Shown here one piece after another: positions 38,301 through 50,450 of a stretch of DNA of 64,000 nt. Position numbers and translations under genes: made by a program. The notes below the pieces were generated by a model. It was given only the letters and a program-made list of their open reading frames with translations. It searched no databases and was not told the DNA's origin. The stretch's first letter is position 1; each line of letters starts with the position of its first letter. Source of the DNA: Pseudovirgaria hyperparasitica (Eukaryota); assembly GCA_010093815.1 (NCBI GenBank), contig ML996575.1; one strand, given 5' to 3'.

Positions 38301-38498
38301 GGCGGCTATCTTTCCGCAACTAAATCGCCCAGCTCAGGGACGTCACCCCAAGGGAAGAAGAAAGAGAAGTTCGGCTTGGGTAAAATCTGGAAGAAGCTCA
38401 AGAGCAATGGAGATCGTGGGGAAGTAGAAGCACGCTCTTACGGCCAAGCATCAGCATCATCGCAAGAAATGGCAAAAGATGGCCATGACGGTCAATGA
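35313..38498 (+). CDS. PDE2: High-affinity class I 3',5'-cyclic nucleotide phosphodiesterase (Pde2/PdeH-like)
   Basis: YHNFRH, HDVGHPGVNN, YNDRSVLESFH, ILATDM, KCADISN, EFSNQGD and QIGFM motifs; six exons; Ser-rich C-terminal tail. Confidence 0.93.
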
Positions 38499-39290
38499 CT
38501 AGCCGATCGACTTGACAGGACCATGCATGATGAGCGGCATCATCACGACTTCACCATCTCGTCAAACCCCCATCTCCCTCGGCAGCTCGACGCCCGATTG
38601 AGTCAACAGCAGGTGCATAAAGGCGACTGAAATACTATCTCTTGGCATCAGTGCCCGGTTCATAGATGTTGCCTATCCTTGCTCATGTAATCTGGACGAC
38701 CTAATGATATATTTTGGGACACGGGCGCATATGGACGAAGGCCGGTTGGTCTACTTGTTTTTCATGCACAGTTTCGGGTAGCGCGCGAGTAAGGTTCATC
38801 ACGGCGTCGGCGGATCACGTCTTTCGAGTTTCTGTCACGACAATGCATCGCATATATGATTTTACAGCTGGCCAGCACATACTTTGACCTTGAGACGGAC
38901 GGCTGTGCAGTCAGTACGTAGACGACCAAGGCGGGACAAAAGTTGTGCTTCCAGCACGAAGGCGCGTTTGTGGTATGGATTACTGCCACTGCATTCTAGA
39001 GCATGGTTTCGGAGTAGCTGGGGTCGTCACTCGGGAGTGCAAAAAGGGTTCGGCATGGATACGTGCAGGTTGATTGAGCAAAGGCGTAAATGACAAGAAG
39101 GCTGGCTCAATCAATATGTGATGTGCTTTCTTCTGCGCATGCATTTGATTGATCATGCCCGCCGCCGTTGCAGCAGATGATATCGACAGAATTACAATGA
39201 CTTATCTCCCCCCTCTTATTGTGCCTGAGGTCTGCAAGTGAAGAAGTGATATGAAATCCGTCCGATGTTGGCATTCCTTTCCGGTCCACC

Positions 39291-39365
39291 ACTGACTGAC
39301 TGACTGACTGACTGACTGACTGACTGGCTGGCTGACTGGCTGGCTGGCTGGCTGGCTGACTGACT
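39291..39365. repeat. Compound tetranucleotide microsatellite (ACTG)n/(GCTG)n
   Basis: Nine ACTG units followed by mixed GCTG/ACTG units. Confidence 0.95.
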
Positions 39366-40366
39366 AGCTCCTGGTCGATCTACGGAGTTTGTTGGGGGGT
39401 TTTGATTCTTTTGTGGCTTGGTACGGATGATGGATGGTGGTTCCTGGCTATGCGTCGATATATATATATGTGTGTATGTATGTGTACATATCTATGATTA
39501 ATTGTCCCAGCGACAGACACTACTCACTCCTTTGACTACCAAAAGAATTAATAATTTCTATTTAAACCATCCCCCCCAAAAAAAAAAACTTTTGGTTAAA
39601 TCTCCCAAGGCAAAAGAAAAAGAATATATTTTGTTTTCGACTCTTTTTGGAAGTTTTGAAAGGTTTCGAAACTCTGTTTCTTTATCTGTTTCGGGGGGGG
39701 GATTCTTTTGGTTGGTTGGTTGGTTGGTTGGGAGAGAGAAAGAGTGTATATCGCGCTTATATTATAGTCTTGAAACTCAGGTATGTGTGTCTGTATATAT
39801 ATGTATCCAGCGATAGAGTTGTTGATCCTGGTTTTGGTATGAGTTTGTGTTTAGATAGGTTTGGGATAGCGAAGGGGTGGGTTTGGTATGACGGGTGAAG
39901 AGAGCGGGGAGCCCGGGGGTGACAGCGCTGGCGCGTTGAGCGGTGTATATATGTAATATGTAGGAGGGAATTATTATAGATGGGGGTGTTCAACGTGCTA
40001 AGTTATGGCTTCGTGATGGGTCTTTTTTGGGAGGGGGGCTATGGGAGAGTCTACTTTGGGAGAATTTACGCACACACACACGCATGCACACACACACACG
40101 CACTCGCGACCCCTCGAAACATCCTACGCCGAGCTATAGGAAGCTCTCCAATGCCCCCAGGCACTGGTCTATGTTCGTCAGTGCTGAGTTCGGATGGGTA
40201 TTTTATCGCATACACAATGCTCCCTCTGTTTCTTGGGGTTCTTCACTGCTCAGCTGTGTATTCTGTAGATACTCACTGAGACCGTAGGTCATATGGGCCA
40301 TGATTAATATAGTAGTAGTGTATTAGCAGCGATATCTCATTCCTGGTCTGGCGATGGAAATGTCTA

Positions 40367-40490
40367 GGGAGGAGGAAGATGGGGAGGAGGAAGATGGGGA
40401 GGAGGAAGATGGGGAGGAGGAAGATGGGGAGGAGGAAGATGGGGAGGAGGAAGATGGGGAGGAGGAAGATGGGGAGGAGGAGAAGATGGG
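40367..40490. repeat. 15-bp purine-rich minisatellite (GGGGAGGAGGAAGAT)n
   Basis: Six perfect units at 40381-40470 plus partial flanking units. Confidence 0.95.
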
Positions 40491-40779
40491 AGTGGGGGCT
40501 TGAGATGGCAAAATGTCAGGTAATGGATGATAAAGTGCTCAGTACGATATATCCTTGGAATCATGTATGTATAACAACAAATTCCTATGTAGGCGTCCGT
40601 ATCGTATGCCGGGAGTACAGGTCTTAGCTAATGATGCTATTCTGAGCGCGGGCCCGGGTCTCCACTGCCGGTCATCTATCCAGAGCAACGAATACCGACG
40701 AACAAGCCTATAGATGGACATCACGTCGAGCCAGACTATGCCACAGGTATCATTCTCCAAGGCACGTCAGCCCGGCACC

Positions 40780-42565
40780 TTACTCGGCGTCAACACTCAT
40801 CGCATACCTCCTCTCGCTCGCCAGCTTCGCGAATGCCGTATCCACAAGCCCATCATCAACCATATCCTTAAGCACAGTCTGCACGACATCAATATCCAAA
40901 GACCGCAGCTCCTCCCACGCCGTCCCTTCCACCTCTCCAACTGCCATAATCGCTGCCGCTACACTCTTCACTCGCAACTCCATCGCCTCATCTGCGTATT
41001 CCTTCCCACAACGCTCTGCCACGCGTCCTGCGTCACGATAGTACACTCCAGCACATCGAGTCTGTAGCGTTGCTTGCGCTGTCTGCACATCTACAATCCC
41101 AGCCTGGGCGTCGCTGCCTGCTGCTTCGGTGTCTGCGGTCAGAAGGCTACGTTCCGGGCTCTGGGGCTCTATGTCGCGCAACATGGCACCGCGCAGCATG
41201 CACACATCGGCCAGACCGGTAAGGACGGCAATGCGGGATTCTTCGGACGAAGACGTCGAGTTGGACAGAGCGACTCTGGCGCCGAGGAGGGCGCTGCGTG
41301 CGTCTTTGAGGGCGGTCCAGCGTGTGGATACTAGTGCTGCGGAAGGGTAGGAAGGGGCTGTACTCAGTGTCTGGGCGATGGTGGTGAGGGCATCTGCGTA
41401 GGCGAGGATGCTGGTCGGGAGCACGGATTGGGCACCGTAAACGGGGGTAAAGGAGGTGGCGATGGTGTCGGCGTAGGTTGAGGGGCTGAGGATGCCGGTT
41501 GTGAATTGTGCTGTGGAGAGGGAGGTTATGAACTGCGCGATTGCAAGGTCGGATTCGCTAGTGGCATCCTGCCGCGGATTTAGAGCTGTGGTGGATGTGG
41601 GCTTGAAGGAAGCACCGGTGGCTGTTAGAGAGAGCGATGGACCGGTAGTTTCAGGGGGTCCCGGAAGGCTGGTCGGGATGAGAGTGAGGGCCTTTGGGAT
41701 GGTGTCGTGAATTAGGGGTGTGGAGATGTTGACGATGGCTTCGAGGGCAGATGCCGCTCCGTGGTGCAGTGCTGCGAGGGCAGACAGGGCAGTGAGGATG
41801 GCCAGAGAAGTATCAATTATATCGGACGCCTTGGTGGGTTCCACGATGTTTACCCAGTCACCAGATGTGCTATCGCTTGGATCGTCGGTCTGGTCTGACA
41901 TTGAGACATCGGGGTTGTCATTACCGGTGTCATTCGCTTGGGTCTGGTCGTCACTTTCTTGCATGTAGCTCTGGGTTTGCTCGTAATCCTGTTCCTGCCG
42001 TCGGAGACAGTCAGAGAACAGTTGGACGGCTTCGTCGAGGAGCTTGATCTGCTCGCTCTTGTTTTCCCTGTTCTCATCGTCGTCATCATAAAGCGCTTCT
42101 GAGAGGGTGGTCAGGACTTGGCCGGTATTGAACAGCACATCAGTGTTCTCGTTGTCAAGTGACAAGGCATATCGGTGAGACACCAAAGCTCCTCGTAGCA
42201 AGGCAATGTTGGAGCTTTCATCAAAGTGGTGAGACATCCGTGCGTCGTCCGCCAGGTCGTACAGCAGACGACTTTTGTTGTATGCAAGGTCAAAACTCTT
42301 TGGAAACCTTGCCAGTCCCTCATTATAGACCTCTATGGCACGCTTGTAGTTGCGTGCAGATTTGGCTGTATCGCCGGCTCGCCATTTCCCGCCAGTCTTC
42401 TCAAAATCATCAGCTGTTTCCAAGAAGTCATTCTCATCTTCAGGTTCCTGATTAACTCAACACGTGTTACAAGCAGATGTTGACGTGATCACCAACCTTT
42501 GCCCGTTTCGAAAAAGACTTGGGCACATTCTTTGGTAGGCTCTTCAAGTTTTTACGTTTCACCAT
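40780..42565 (-). CDS. Fungal TPR-like helical-repeat protein
   Basis: Basic exon 1 (42565-42497) and intron 42448-42496, then KWRAGD, FDLAYNK and DVLFNTGQVL, which look like TPR-type helices. Confidence 0.8.
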
Positions 42566-43044
42566 CTTTTATCCAACTCTGCAATACAGGTTGGCTAATC
42601 CTATCCCTTGGAAAGTGGAACGGCCACCCAGCTCCTTCTAGGGGAGTGGTGGCTGATGACCGGTGTCCGAGACTGGTTCGACGCGGAAATACTGGATCAA
42701 ACGTAGTCCCCTGACACCTGTAAGCGAAGCACTTTGCAAAGTTTGTCCAGTGATGTTTGTTGGAAGAAATCACGGGCTTAGAATTTTGACATGTTGGAGA
42801 TCGTTCTGACTAATCATTGACGATGATGAGATGAACCCCGTACGTGCTCAGAAGTTCCGGAGCCCATTCCCGAGCTCAACCCCACACCAAGCAGACCCAC
42901 ACTGACGAAACTCGTGGGGCTTGGGCGTATGTTCCCTTTCACTTTGACACAGCCACAGCCACATTTCCCTCTCCTATATCACCATGCGCTTACCGCCGCC
43001 TTACCTATGCGGACGTCCCAAGTCATACGCCTCCATAAACAACT

Positions 43045-44085
43045 ATGGCTATCACAAAAGTCGTACGTGATCGGCTCAAGCGCAACTCCAAATTTGTAGC
43101 AGAAGACGCTCTCCCACCCCTCAGGAACGTCGAGCTTCCCAAGGTCAAGCCGGCCCATCAGCCGGCTCTTGCAGGACAAGGATGGACGACCATCACATTC
43201 GATGGTCCGGAGGATACGCTTAAACATAGCCTCGACCAGTTGTTCGATGCCAGCAAGGCGTTCTTTGCGCTCCCGCAAGAGTACAAAGCCAGTTTCTTGA
43301 CAACAGCTGGTAGTGAAGAGGGATGGAATCGTATCGAAGGAGAGAAAGAATTCATCACGCTTCGCACTATAGATAATACTCCGAAAGAGCTAAAGTCGCC
43401 GGCCATAAGGGCATGGGCGGAGGCTGGGCAGGCCTTGAACGCCATCTTGGAGCAGGTTGCGAAGACACTTGACTTGCCGCCTGAAGCTTTGACACAGTAC
43501 TCAGAGCCATGCATAGAGCTGAACGGAAGAAGAACTGCGACCATGCTCAGGCTTTTTAGATATGAGGGGCACGAACAGAAGGTCGTCGCTGAGCCTCATG
43601 CTGATCTTGGTTTGCTCAGCTTTGTCATGGGAGATACCCCTGGCTTGGAAGTCTGGAACAAGTACCACAATGACTTTTGGCCGATCGAGAAGACGTACAA
43701 AGTTCCACAGGGGACTATACTTGGCGGGCGACAGCTCCAGCGTCTGTCGAACGAGCGATATGAGGCCGGTGGCCACCTCGTACGATCATATGGTCTTCCA
43801 CACGAGTCTCCAATCACTGCCGCTCACGAGAAACCATATCGATATTCTATTGTATTCGTGTTGCGCGCCCACTCTCCTATTCTAGTGGACACGGACAAGT
43901 TGACTACGTCTATCACAGGCCCTTTCAAGCACCCGCTACGAGATATGACGGCAGGGCAGTTGTTCCAAGACACAAAGCGCAAGCATTTCAACATCAACAC
44001 TGGCACGGAGGAGCGAGAGAAGCAGAAACTTGAAATCATTGCGAAACGACAGGCTCAGTTTCTAGAGCTGACGGCTAGAAGCTGA
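43045..44085 (+). CDS. 2-oxoglutarate/Fe(II)-dependent oxygenase
   Basis: LRLFRY, H-x-D in HADLGLLS, distal His in GHLVR, and RYS 2OG-binding motif. Confidence 0.88.
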   Translation: MAITKVVRDRLKRNSKFVAEDALPPLRNVELPKVKPAHQPALAGQGWTTITFDGPEDTLKHSLDQLFDASKAFFALPQEYKASFLTTAGSEEGWNRIEGEKEFITLRTIDNTPKELKSPAIRAWAEAGQALNAILEQVAKTLDLPPEALTQYSEPCIELNGRRTATMLRLFRYEGHEQKVVAEPHADLGLLSFVMGDTPGLEVWNKYHNDFWPIEKTYKVPQGTILGGRQLQRLSNERYEAGGHLVRSYGLPHESPITAAHEKPYRYSIVFVLRAHSPILVDTDKLTTSITGPFKHPLRDMTAGQLFQDTKRKHFNINTGTEEREKQKLEIIAKRQAQFLELTARS

Positions 44086-44481
44086 ACTATGGTCATTCAC
44101 GTCTATCGTGAAGCATTATGCGAGCGCCATTCGCAAATTCCATTGCAGCAGCTCATAGACACTCAAAAGCTTTCTTATCCGGCTTGCCTATATGTTCCCT
44201 CCTTCTGGCATCGGGAATTAGTCAACTCCGTTAGACCTTTTATACTAAGATATAACACAGATCATTTCGACGTCTGACCAGAGAAATAATTCTAGAGTTG
44301 TTGTGTTGAGATAGAGCATCAAGGGGGCTTACAAGATCTCTTCCGTGGCATAGTTGTTTGCTGCGGTCACAACAGAGACTCAATGCTATCATAAACGCTG
44401 TAGAACAACTCTTTGGCGATGATATTGCTGAGAACCTAAGTACGATTATACTAAAGATGTAGTTCGACAGCCACTTTGAAC

Positions 44482-45170
44482 CTACAGTACTACCAGGACA
44501 AGCAGACCCACTATTACAATTGAAATTCCTGCCATTCTCATACTACCACCCCAGAGTCCCTCCACTCTACTCCCTCCGGACTCATCATCGTCACCACCGG
44601 TAGCCTCATTTCCATCGCCACTATCTGCCTGACCACCTGCTGCACCTGTTGCGTCTGGTACCGGAGGCGTATAATCATTTCCACCTGTCTTAATTGCCTC
44701 ATTGATACTTTGAACATAGCTCTTCACCCCGGAAGGCAGTTCATTGTACCAATCAGGCGTATTGCCAGCCGCAAATTCTGAAGCAATCGAGGCACGTGCA
44801 GACGGGTCGACCAGTTGCGCAAGGACGGTCTGTGGGACGCCAGTGAAAATTGCGAGCATAAGGGACGTTGGGGGTGGGTCAGAGTGTTTGTTAGCTTGTA
44901 CTGCAGAACGGGCTAGATAGGATATGCGACGACGAACCGACATTCATGAGACGTGTTGGTATTTCAGTGACAAATGTGACTGGTGCTGTGATCGTTGGGG
45001 CGATCTTGGACCATGCGGCACTGACGAGGTGAATTGTGAGCACTCGAGTGTGTGTTGGGCTGGTGGCAATAGAGGGTCATTGCTTACAGAAGTGACTTTA
45101 GCTCTTCTTCTGAGCTCTGTGCTAGGATTGGTGATGCACAGAGGAGGATTGCCAGTTTGGGTAACTTCAT
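44482..45170 (-). CDS. Small secreted, probably GPI-anchored protein
   Basis: Signal peptide MKLPKLAILLCASPILAQ; ASIASEFAAGNTPDWYNELPSGVKSY core; Gly/Asp-rich spacer; hydrophobic C-terminus. Two introns, the second acceptor ambiguous. Confidence 0.7.
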
Positions 45171-46039
45171 GGTGGAAACTACTCTACAGATTGCTGAAGC
45201 TGTAAAGTTGAACGGCGGAAATCTGGTGTAGGGACACGATCAGTAGTAAGGCGTAGTCGACTTGTTCACTTATGGAGCAAGACTGGGTGCAGAGAATAAC
45301 ACCTGTGGTACGATATCAGCTGAAAGTTGCATATCAAAACATGCTTTCGCCTCCTCGGCGAATACCTATCAAAGAGGGATTAATATAAATCTGCCGGCCC
45401 AGTACTATCAAGAATGATGATCTATCCCGACAAAGTCTGAGACAATTTCAATGATGAGTCCTCGGCACCTCGGTATGAACCCATTCATGAGGGGATCATA
45501 TAACATCGTTGCACCGATCCTTGACAATGAATATCAAGTGATGCTTGTTAAAATATTGATTCCGATTCGTCTAGAATCTACCGACCTAGGATAGCATCAA
45601 AGAAGCCTGTATCATGGAGATTCTCTGGCAACTACTATCCCTACGTGAGATATTCGTGTTACGAAAATTCAAAAGCCTTTATAGGACAAGAGTAATGTTA
45701 CTGTTCTGTATTAGTTTAATAGATAATTATGGATGCTCGTATAGTTATAGTCTGGTGGTGATGGATGAGTAGTCATATAGACCCTGACAAAAAATTCAAG
45801 TTTAGAGGGAAGGGCGAATAAGCACTAGTCTCTTAGTTTGTCTATAAAAATAGAACTACTTGTTGCTCAAAGCTTTCTTACCTAGCTGCGTGGTTTTGAA
45901 GTCATACCTCGAATGATTCAATTACTAGTTTATAAATTTTTTTTAAGTGACATTCTATCTGATAATCTTAAAATCATATAAGTTCTAATGTTACAAGTCG
46001 TTTGCACATTTTCTTCCAAGCACTTATGAAGCAGTTACC

Positions 46040-47148
46040 ATGTTCTTGCCTGCTACCCTCTCTTTTACGCTTCTCATAACATTATTTACTCCCTCCCTAG
46101 CACAGGGGACTTATGCGATTGATCCAACATCATGTAGGGGATATCGCTTGGAAGATTATATAACAGAAGCCCAGTTCATGGCTCAATTAGCTGCTAATGA
46201 TGCCCGAAATTGGGATCACCTGCACCTTGACGTCCGAAATGCCTTCCATCAACTCTTCGAATCATATAGTTTCGAGGATGAAGATTGGTTGGAGGACGAG
46301 CCCGCAACCGGCATAGCCAAGACGAGAGTTATAGAGGTAATGACGGGCATCGCACAACTTAGCCTCGTGGCCTGGAACGACGCCGAGATTCGGATCTTCT
46401 GCAACGATGATCGCTGGCGCCTCGTCAGTAGCCCACAGGAACTCGCCAGGCTTGCACCAAATGGCCGAGCCCCGAGAGCGCTGCTCAGCGCATTGGACAG
46501 CGGGCCCATATGGATCGACGTCGAGACCGGGATGCACAGGCCGATGCCATGGACGCCGAAGTGCCATGACCCGGAACCAAACAGCAGGATAGGCCCTTCT
46601 CCCTATGGGATATACGAATATGTAGGGCAGCGCCGAACGCACTCTATAAACCTATCGTTTTGCAGCCATCGTTGGCGACGATGGCGTTTTCTTAGCGGGC
46701 CGCTTGCATTCAGGGATTATGCGATGGGAGAGCCCCAAGAGCGCCTGCCTCGCAGTGCTCTGGCGGAGTCCCTCATGGACGAGGTACGGCGCATGTTTTT
46801 GAGTCCGATGCTGCTAGAAATGCTGCTCCAGACGCCGCGTTTTGCTCGTATGTCACTGATCCCATCCACCCTTGTTCGTGACGCTGTGTGATGCCGATGC
46901 TAATTGAAAATCATAGTCCAAAAGAGAGCTTCTGGATGGGCCGCGTGTCTAGCGCTTGACGGAGAACACTCACTCGGAAATTCAGATAACTATGGTAAGT
47001 TTTCCGATGTTCATAAGACTTTGAAGTCCTTATTAATAAGATGATAGTATTTTTTGCCCTTGCAAGCCTCTTATATACGCAGGGTATTGTGCTTTATGAA
47101 CAGGAGGCAGACCTTGGGGCACTAACGACTATTGGAGACCAAGATTAA
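46040..47148 (+). CDS. Secreted zincin/M35-like protein lacking HExxH
   Basis: Signal peptide; YAIDPTSC, IRIFC, LSPMLLEMLLQ, then GWAACLAL...NSDNYVFFAL after introns 46848-46916 and about 46995-47047. Confidence 0.6.
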
Positions 47149-47419
47149 TTTCTCTGGTGAGATCTACGGGAGCGTCATATCGAACCAAGGATGTCAGGAT
47201 TGCAATGCCTGAAGCCAAGAGATACACCTACTTTGGTTCACATGCTCCAGTGAACTCTCCTCGGTCAAACACTCTATCCCAGAGTGTAGTATTGACTGTT
47301 GGACGTGTTATGTGCTTGAAGCTGACTATAAAGTCATGATGGATCACAACACGCTTGAAGGGACCCGGCTTGTTTTCAAAGTATCCAGTCCCGCTGCATT
47401 CTCAACAAAATCACTCACC

Positions 47420-48025
47420 ATGAGGTTCTCCCTACTTTTGTCAGCGGTCCTCCTACCTTTCGGTGCTCTCGCAGCTCCATCATCTGCCTTTGGCTCGGAA
47501 GTCGAGCATCGAACTTCCACTGAGCCAGCTCCTGCAATGGATGCACAGGCTCTATCCCTTTTGCTCCCTCGACAGACTAGTCTCACCGACCTATTGAGCG
47601 GCATTTTGCCCGCTCTTCAAGCTCTGGGTGGCTTGCTAAACGAGGACACTATCAACAACATCAAGACTGTTGTCGATGGTCTCGCTGTTGTCCTTGGCGA
47701 TAACAGGTCTCAGAACACTGCTAATCTCCTTGACTCAGTGTCAGGGCTTCTGAGTGGTGATCTGATTGACCAGATCAAGGGCCTGCTGCCCTCCGTTGCC
47801 GGGCTTCTTACGGAAGACAATGTCAACAAGATCCAGTCTCTAGTGAACAATGCGAACGGTCTCTTGACTGAGAGCTTCGTGGACCAGACGACTGGACTGA
47901 TCAATGATGTTGCACCGGTACGTTGAACCTTGTCATCTTTCATATGTAGCGCTTACCTCTTGTAGCTCGTTTCGGCCATTGCTCAGATCATTACTACGTT
48001 GCTACAGGCTCTGCTCGGTGGATAG
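47420..48025 (+). CDS. Secreted Leu/Asn-rich helical-repeat protein of unknown function
   Basis: Signal peptide MRFSLLLSAVLLPFGALA; repeated GLL..D/E...I..L units; intron 47918-47965. Confidence 0.8.
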
Positions 48026-48884
48026 AGTGGCTTGCAGACTTGGGGAAGACCCTTGCAGATAGCAGTTCATCGGGAATAACTTTATGTTCGGTTGAAGTTT
48101 GGTTATTTGTTATCAGCTCGTGTGCTTCGTTCCTATGTAATGTCTAGTATCAAGGGTTGATAGTACCCTTGCCTCGCTTATTCCCCATCAGCCTGAGTCT
48201 CTACATAGCAGTATCTCTCTGAATGTCATTGTTGCAACATATAATACTATACTGTTTTAAATCTATCTACTTGAATTCTCGGTAGACTCTGTTGAAGACT
48301 TGAGGTTAGATTCACACTCCCTGTCAAGCAACAGCAACAACATATGTGCCTTGCAGTCCGACAAGGATAAACAGACAGGGGTAGACTGTCATGACCCCTC
48401 ATTATCCATGTCTCCCCACTTGCATCTGACACGTGCATGTCGTAAAGGGCCGAAGATCCTGAAGTTCATTCCGACGTCAAACACTTTGCATCAAGGTACA
48501 CTGTGGTCTGCGTAACACACTGCGCATACAATCTCGAAATCACTTCAGTGTCCATGACACAGCCAGTGGAGGAAGATGATTGCACATTGAGTTGTCAAGA
48601 GAGAAAATGGTCACGGAAATACTCTGGCAATTATTCAGTGATCACGGCTTCCCCGTAATTCGCTAACGGAGATATAGTAATCCCAATATCGTCTCCAAAG
48701 GCCTGCTGAGCTGAGTTCTAACTCAGGTACTTCATGAAAATTATTGAAGAATGGCTACCTAACATTGGAAAGTACTCGGCTCAACATCTGTATCCATGAA
48801 GAGAACTCTTAGTATACAAAGGCGAACAAAAAGGCTTTCATGTATACTGACACTGATGCCACGGTTTTAGACGGCTACAGTTAC

Positions 48885-49826
48885 CTACTGCATCTTGTGG
48901 CCTGTTCCTATCACATGCCCTCCCTTAGCAAGACGACGACGCATATCCTTCATATAATATTTCATGGGGAAAAACCTGACTGCCTCTGGCAGAAATGGAT
49001 ACGTTGACCTTATGACCGCAACGCCCGCATCATACAGCAATCTTCTCCCTCTTGACTCCCTCTTGAAGCCATATGGCTCGCGCAGACTAGGAGGAAGCCA
49101 TTCCGCCGTTATTACTCGCAACAATGGCATGTTCACACGCACCCAGAGCGGATAATGTTTGTTGTACAGTAGATCATTCTTGACATTGACAGCGTCTTCT
49201 GTAACCCTGAGCTTGCCAATCATGTCGTTCCAGTAGCTCCAGAATTCCGCTCGAGTCTTCGGCCACATCGTAGGGGGCACACGCAGCGAGCAGGCTAAGA
49301 CAGAATAGTCTGTGTATGTTTGTTCCAGGAAGGCTTCATCCAACTTGCCAAAGATCTTCTCGTGGAGGTCGGTGCCGGTCGCGTACAGTGTTGCGGCTAC
49401 CCACATTTGCAGCTCCTGGTCGTCGGCGGAATAGCCGTCCCCGCGAACTTCGGCGTGCACACTGTGCACCATGTTGATGATTGCTTTCTTTTCCTCGGGA
49501 GTGCCGTACGCCATACAGTAAACGAACGTCATGGTTGTGCGTAGGCGGTCTTCGACGCGATAGGCAAAATTGGAATTCCGATTGACTCCAGCGCCAACCC
49601 CTGGACTGGCGACTTGGAGGAGAATGGCAACTGCACCACCAGCAAGGAGGATACCTTCTTGGACGATCTTCTGCATACCCTCTGGATTGAATTCTGGAGT
49701 GAGGAAGGTAGGGTGAAAGTTTGGTGTGTCGATGCCATATTCGTGTTTGCTTGAAGCACTTTTCTCACTGTCTCCGATCGATTCAGTGCGTTTCCCGAGC
49801 TGAGCACCATTGAAATGACATGCCAT
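48885..49826 (-). CDS. DUF2236 / MpaB-rubber oxygenase (Lcp)-like protein
   Basis: GGAVAILLQVASPGV, RLRTT, HSVHAEVRG, YSADDQELQMWVAATLY and WPKTRAEFWSYW motifs. Confidence 0.88.
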   Translation of the reverse strand: MACHFNGAQLGKRTESIGDSEKSASSKHEYGIDTPNFHPTFLTPEFNPEGMQKIVQEGILLAGGAVAILLQVASPGVGAGVNRNSNFAYRVEDRLRTTMTFVYCMAYGTPEEKKAIINMVHSVHAEVRGDGYSADDQELQMWVAATLYATGTDLHEKIFGKLDEAFLEQTYTDYSVLACSLRVPPTMWPKTRAEFWSYWNDMIGKLRVTEDAVNVKNDLLYNKHYPLWVRVNMPLLRVITAEWLPPSLREPYGFKRESRGRRLLYDAGVAVIRSTYPFLPEAVRFFPMKYYMKDMRRRLAKGGHVIGTGHKMQ

Positions 49827-50450
49827 TGTGTCGGATAGTTTATGTCAAAAATGCTGCAATGAAACGTAAACAAAGTGGTCAGATGAGGAGATTAGGTATA
49901 AGAGCACTCTCTACCACACAATATCTTTCTTTATAGTTGAGGAAAGGTGAAAATATCTCATCTGTCTCCCTAGAGCGGGAACACTAACATCCGAATTCTT
50001 GTACACGGCTGCCTCGGCATACGAATCGTACACTCAACTGTAATAGGATTGTTCTTGATAACCCCTCTTCGTGCCATCCTGGCAAGTCTGACCAATTTTG
50101 GGTGATTTTGTGAGGGTGTAGTTATCCCTGTGGGATGAGCTGATCCCTTAACCAGATACCTTGCCCACCGAGGTACCCCACAATACCCCATTCATATGCA
50201 AAGTCAATAGAGTCCTCTCCATGGGTAATGGAGTCAGGGTAATCTAGGATGCACATCTAGCTCTTAGTAAAGTTAGGGATGTATTTATCGCCAAAATTCG
50301 GCTGGAACAACAAGATTGATAATCGGGACATTCTAGAAATGAGGCTTCGACTCCTGTGCAGTTACATTTCCGCCTGGCTGCAGGGCCTCTACGACAACTT
50401 TCTGTACGTCTACTGCTAGAGAGTCAAGAAAGCCAGCAGAGTTCTTGGCG

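Noticed and set aside
40367..40490. Tandem repeats as a possible CRISPR array (also 58687-58760)
   Set aside because: No unique spacers, no cas genes, and the context is eukaryotic.
40323..40627. ORFs encoding poly-SSSSP, PPPHL or MGRRK repeats
   Set aside because: They are translations of the 15-bp minisatellite in different frames, with no independent sign of coding.
42633..42715. Hairpin followed by TGATGA...CTGA, resembling a C/D box snoRNA
   Set aside because: I could identify no terminal stem or rRNA-complementary guide, and it lies in a short divergent promoter/UTR; an Rfam or snoscan search would be needed.
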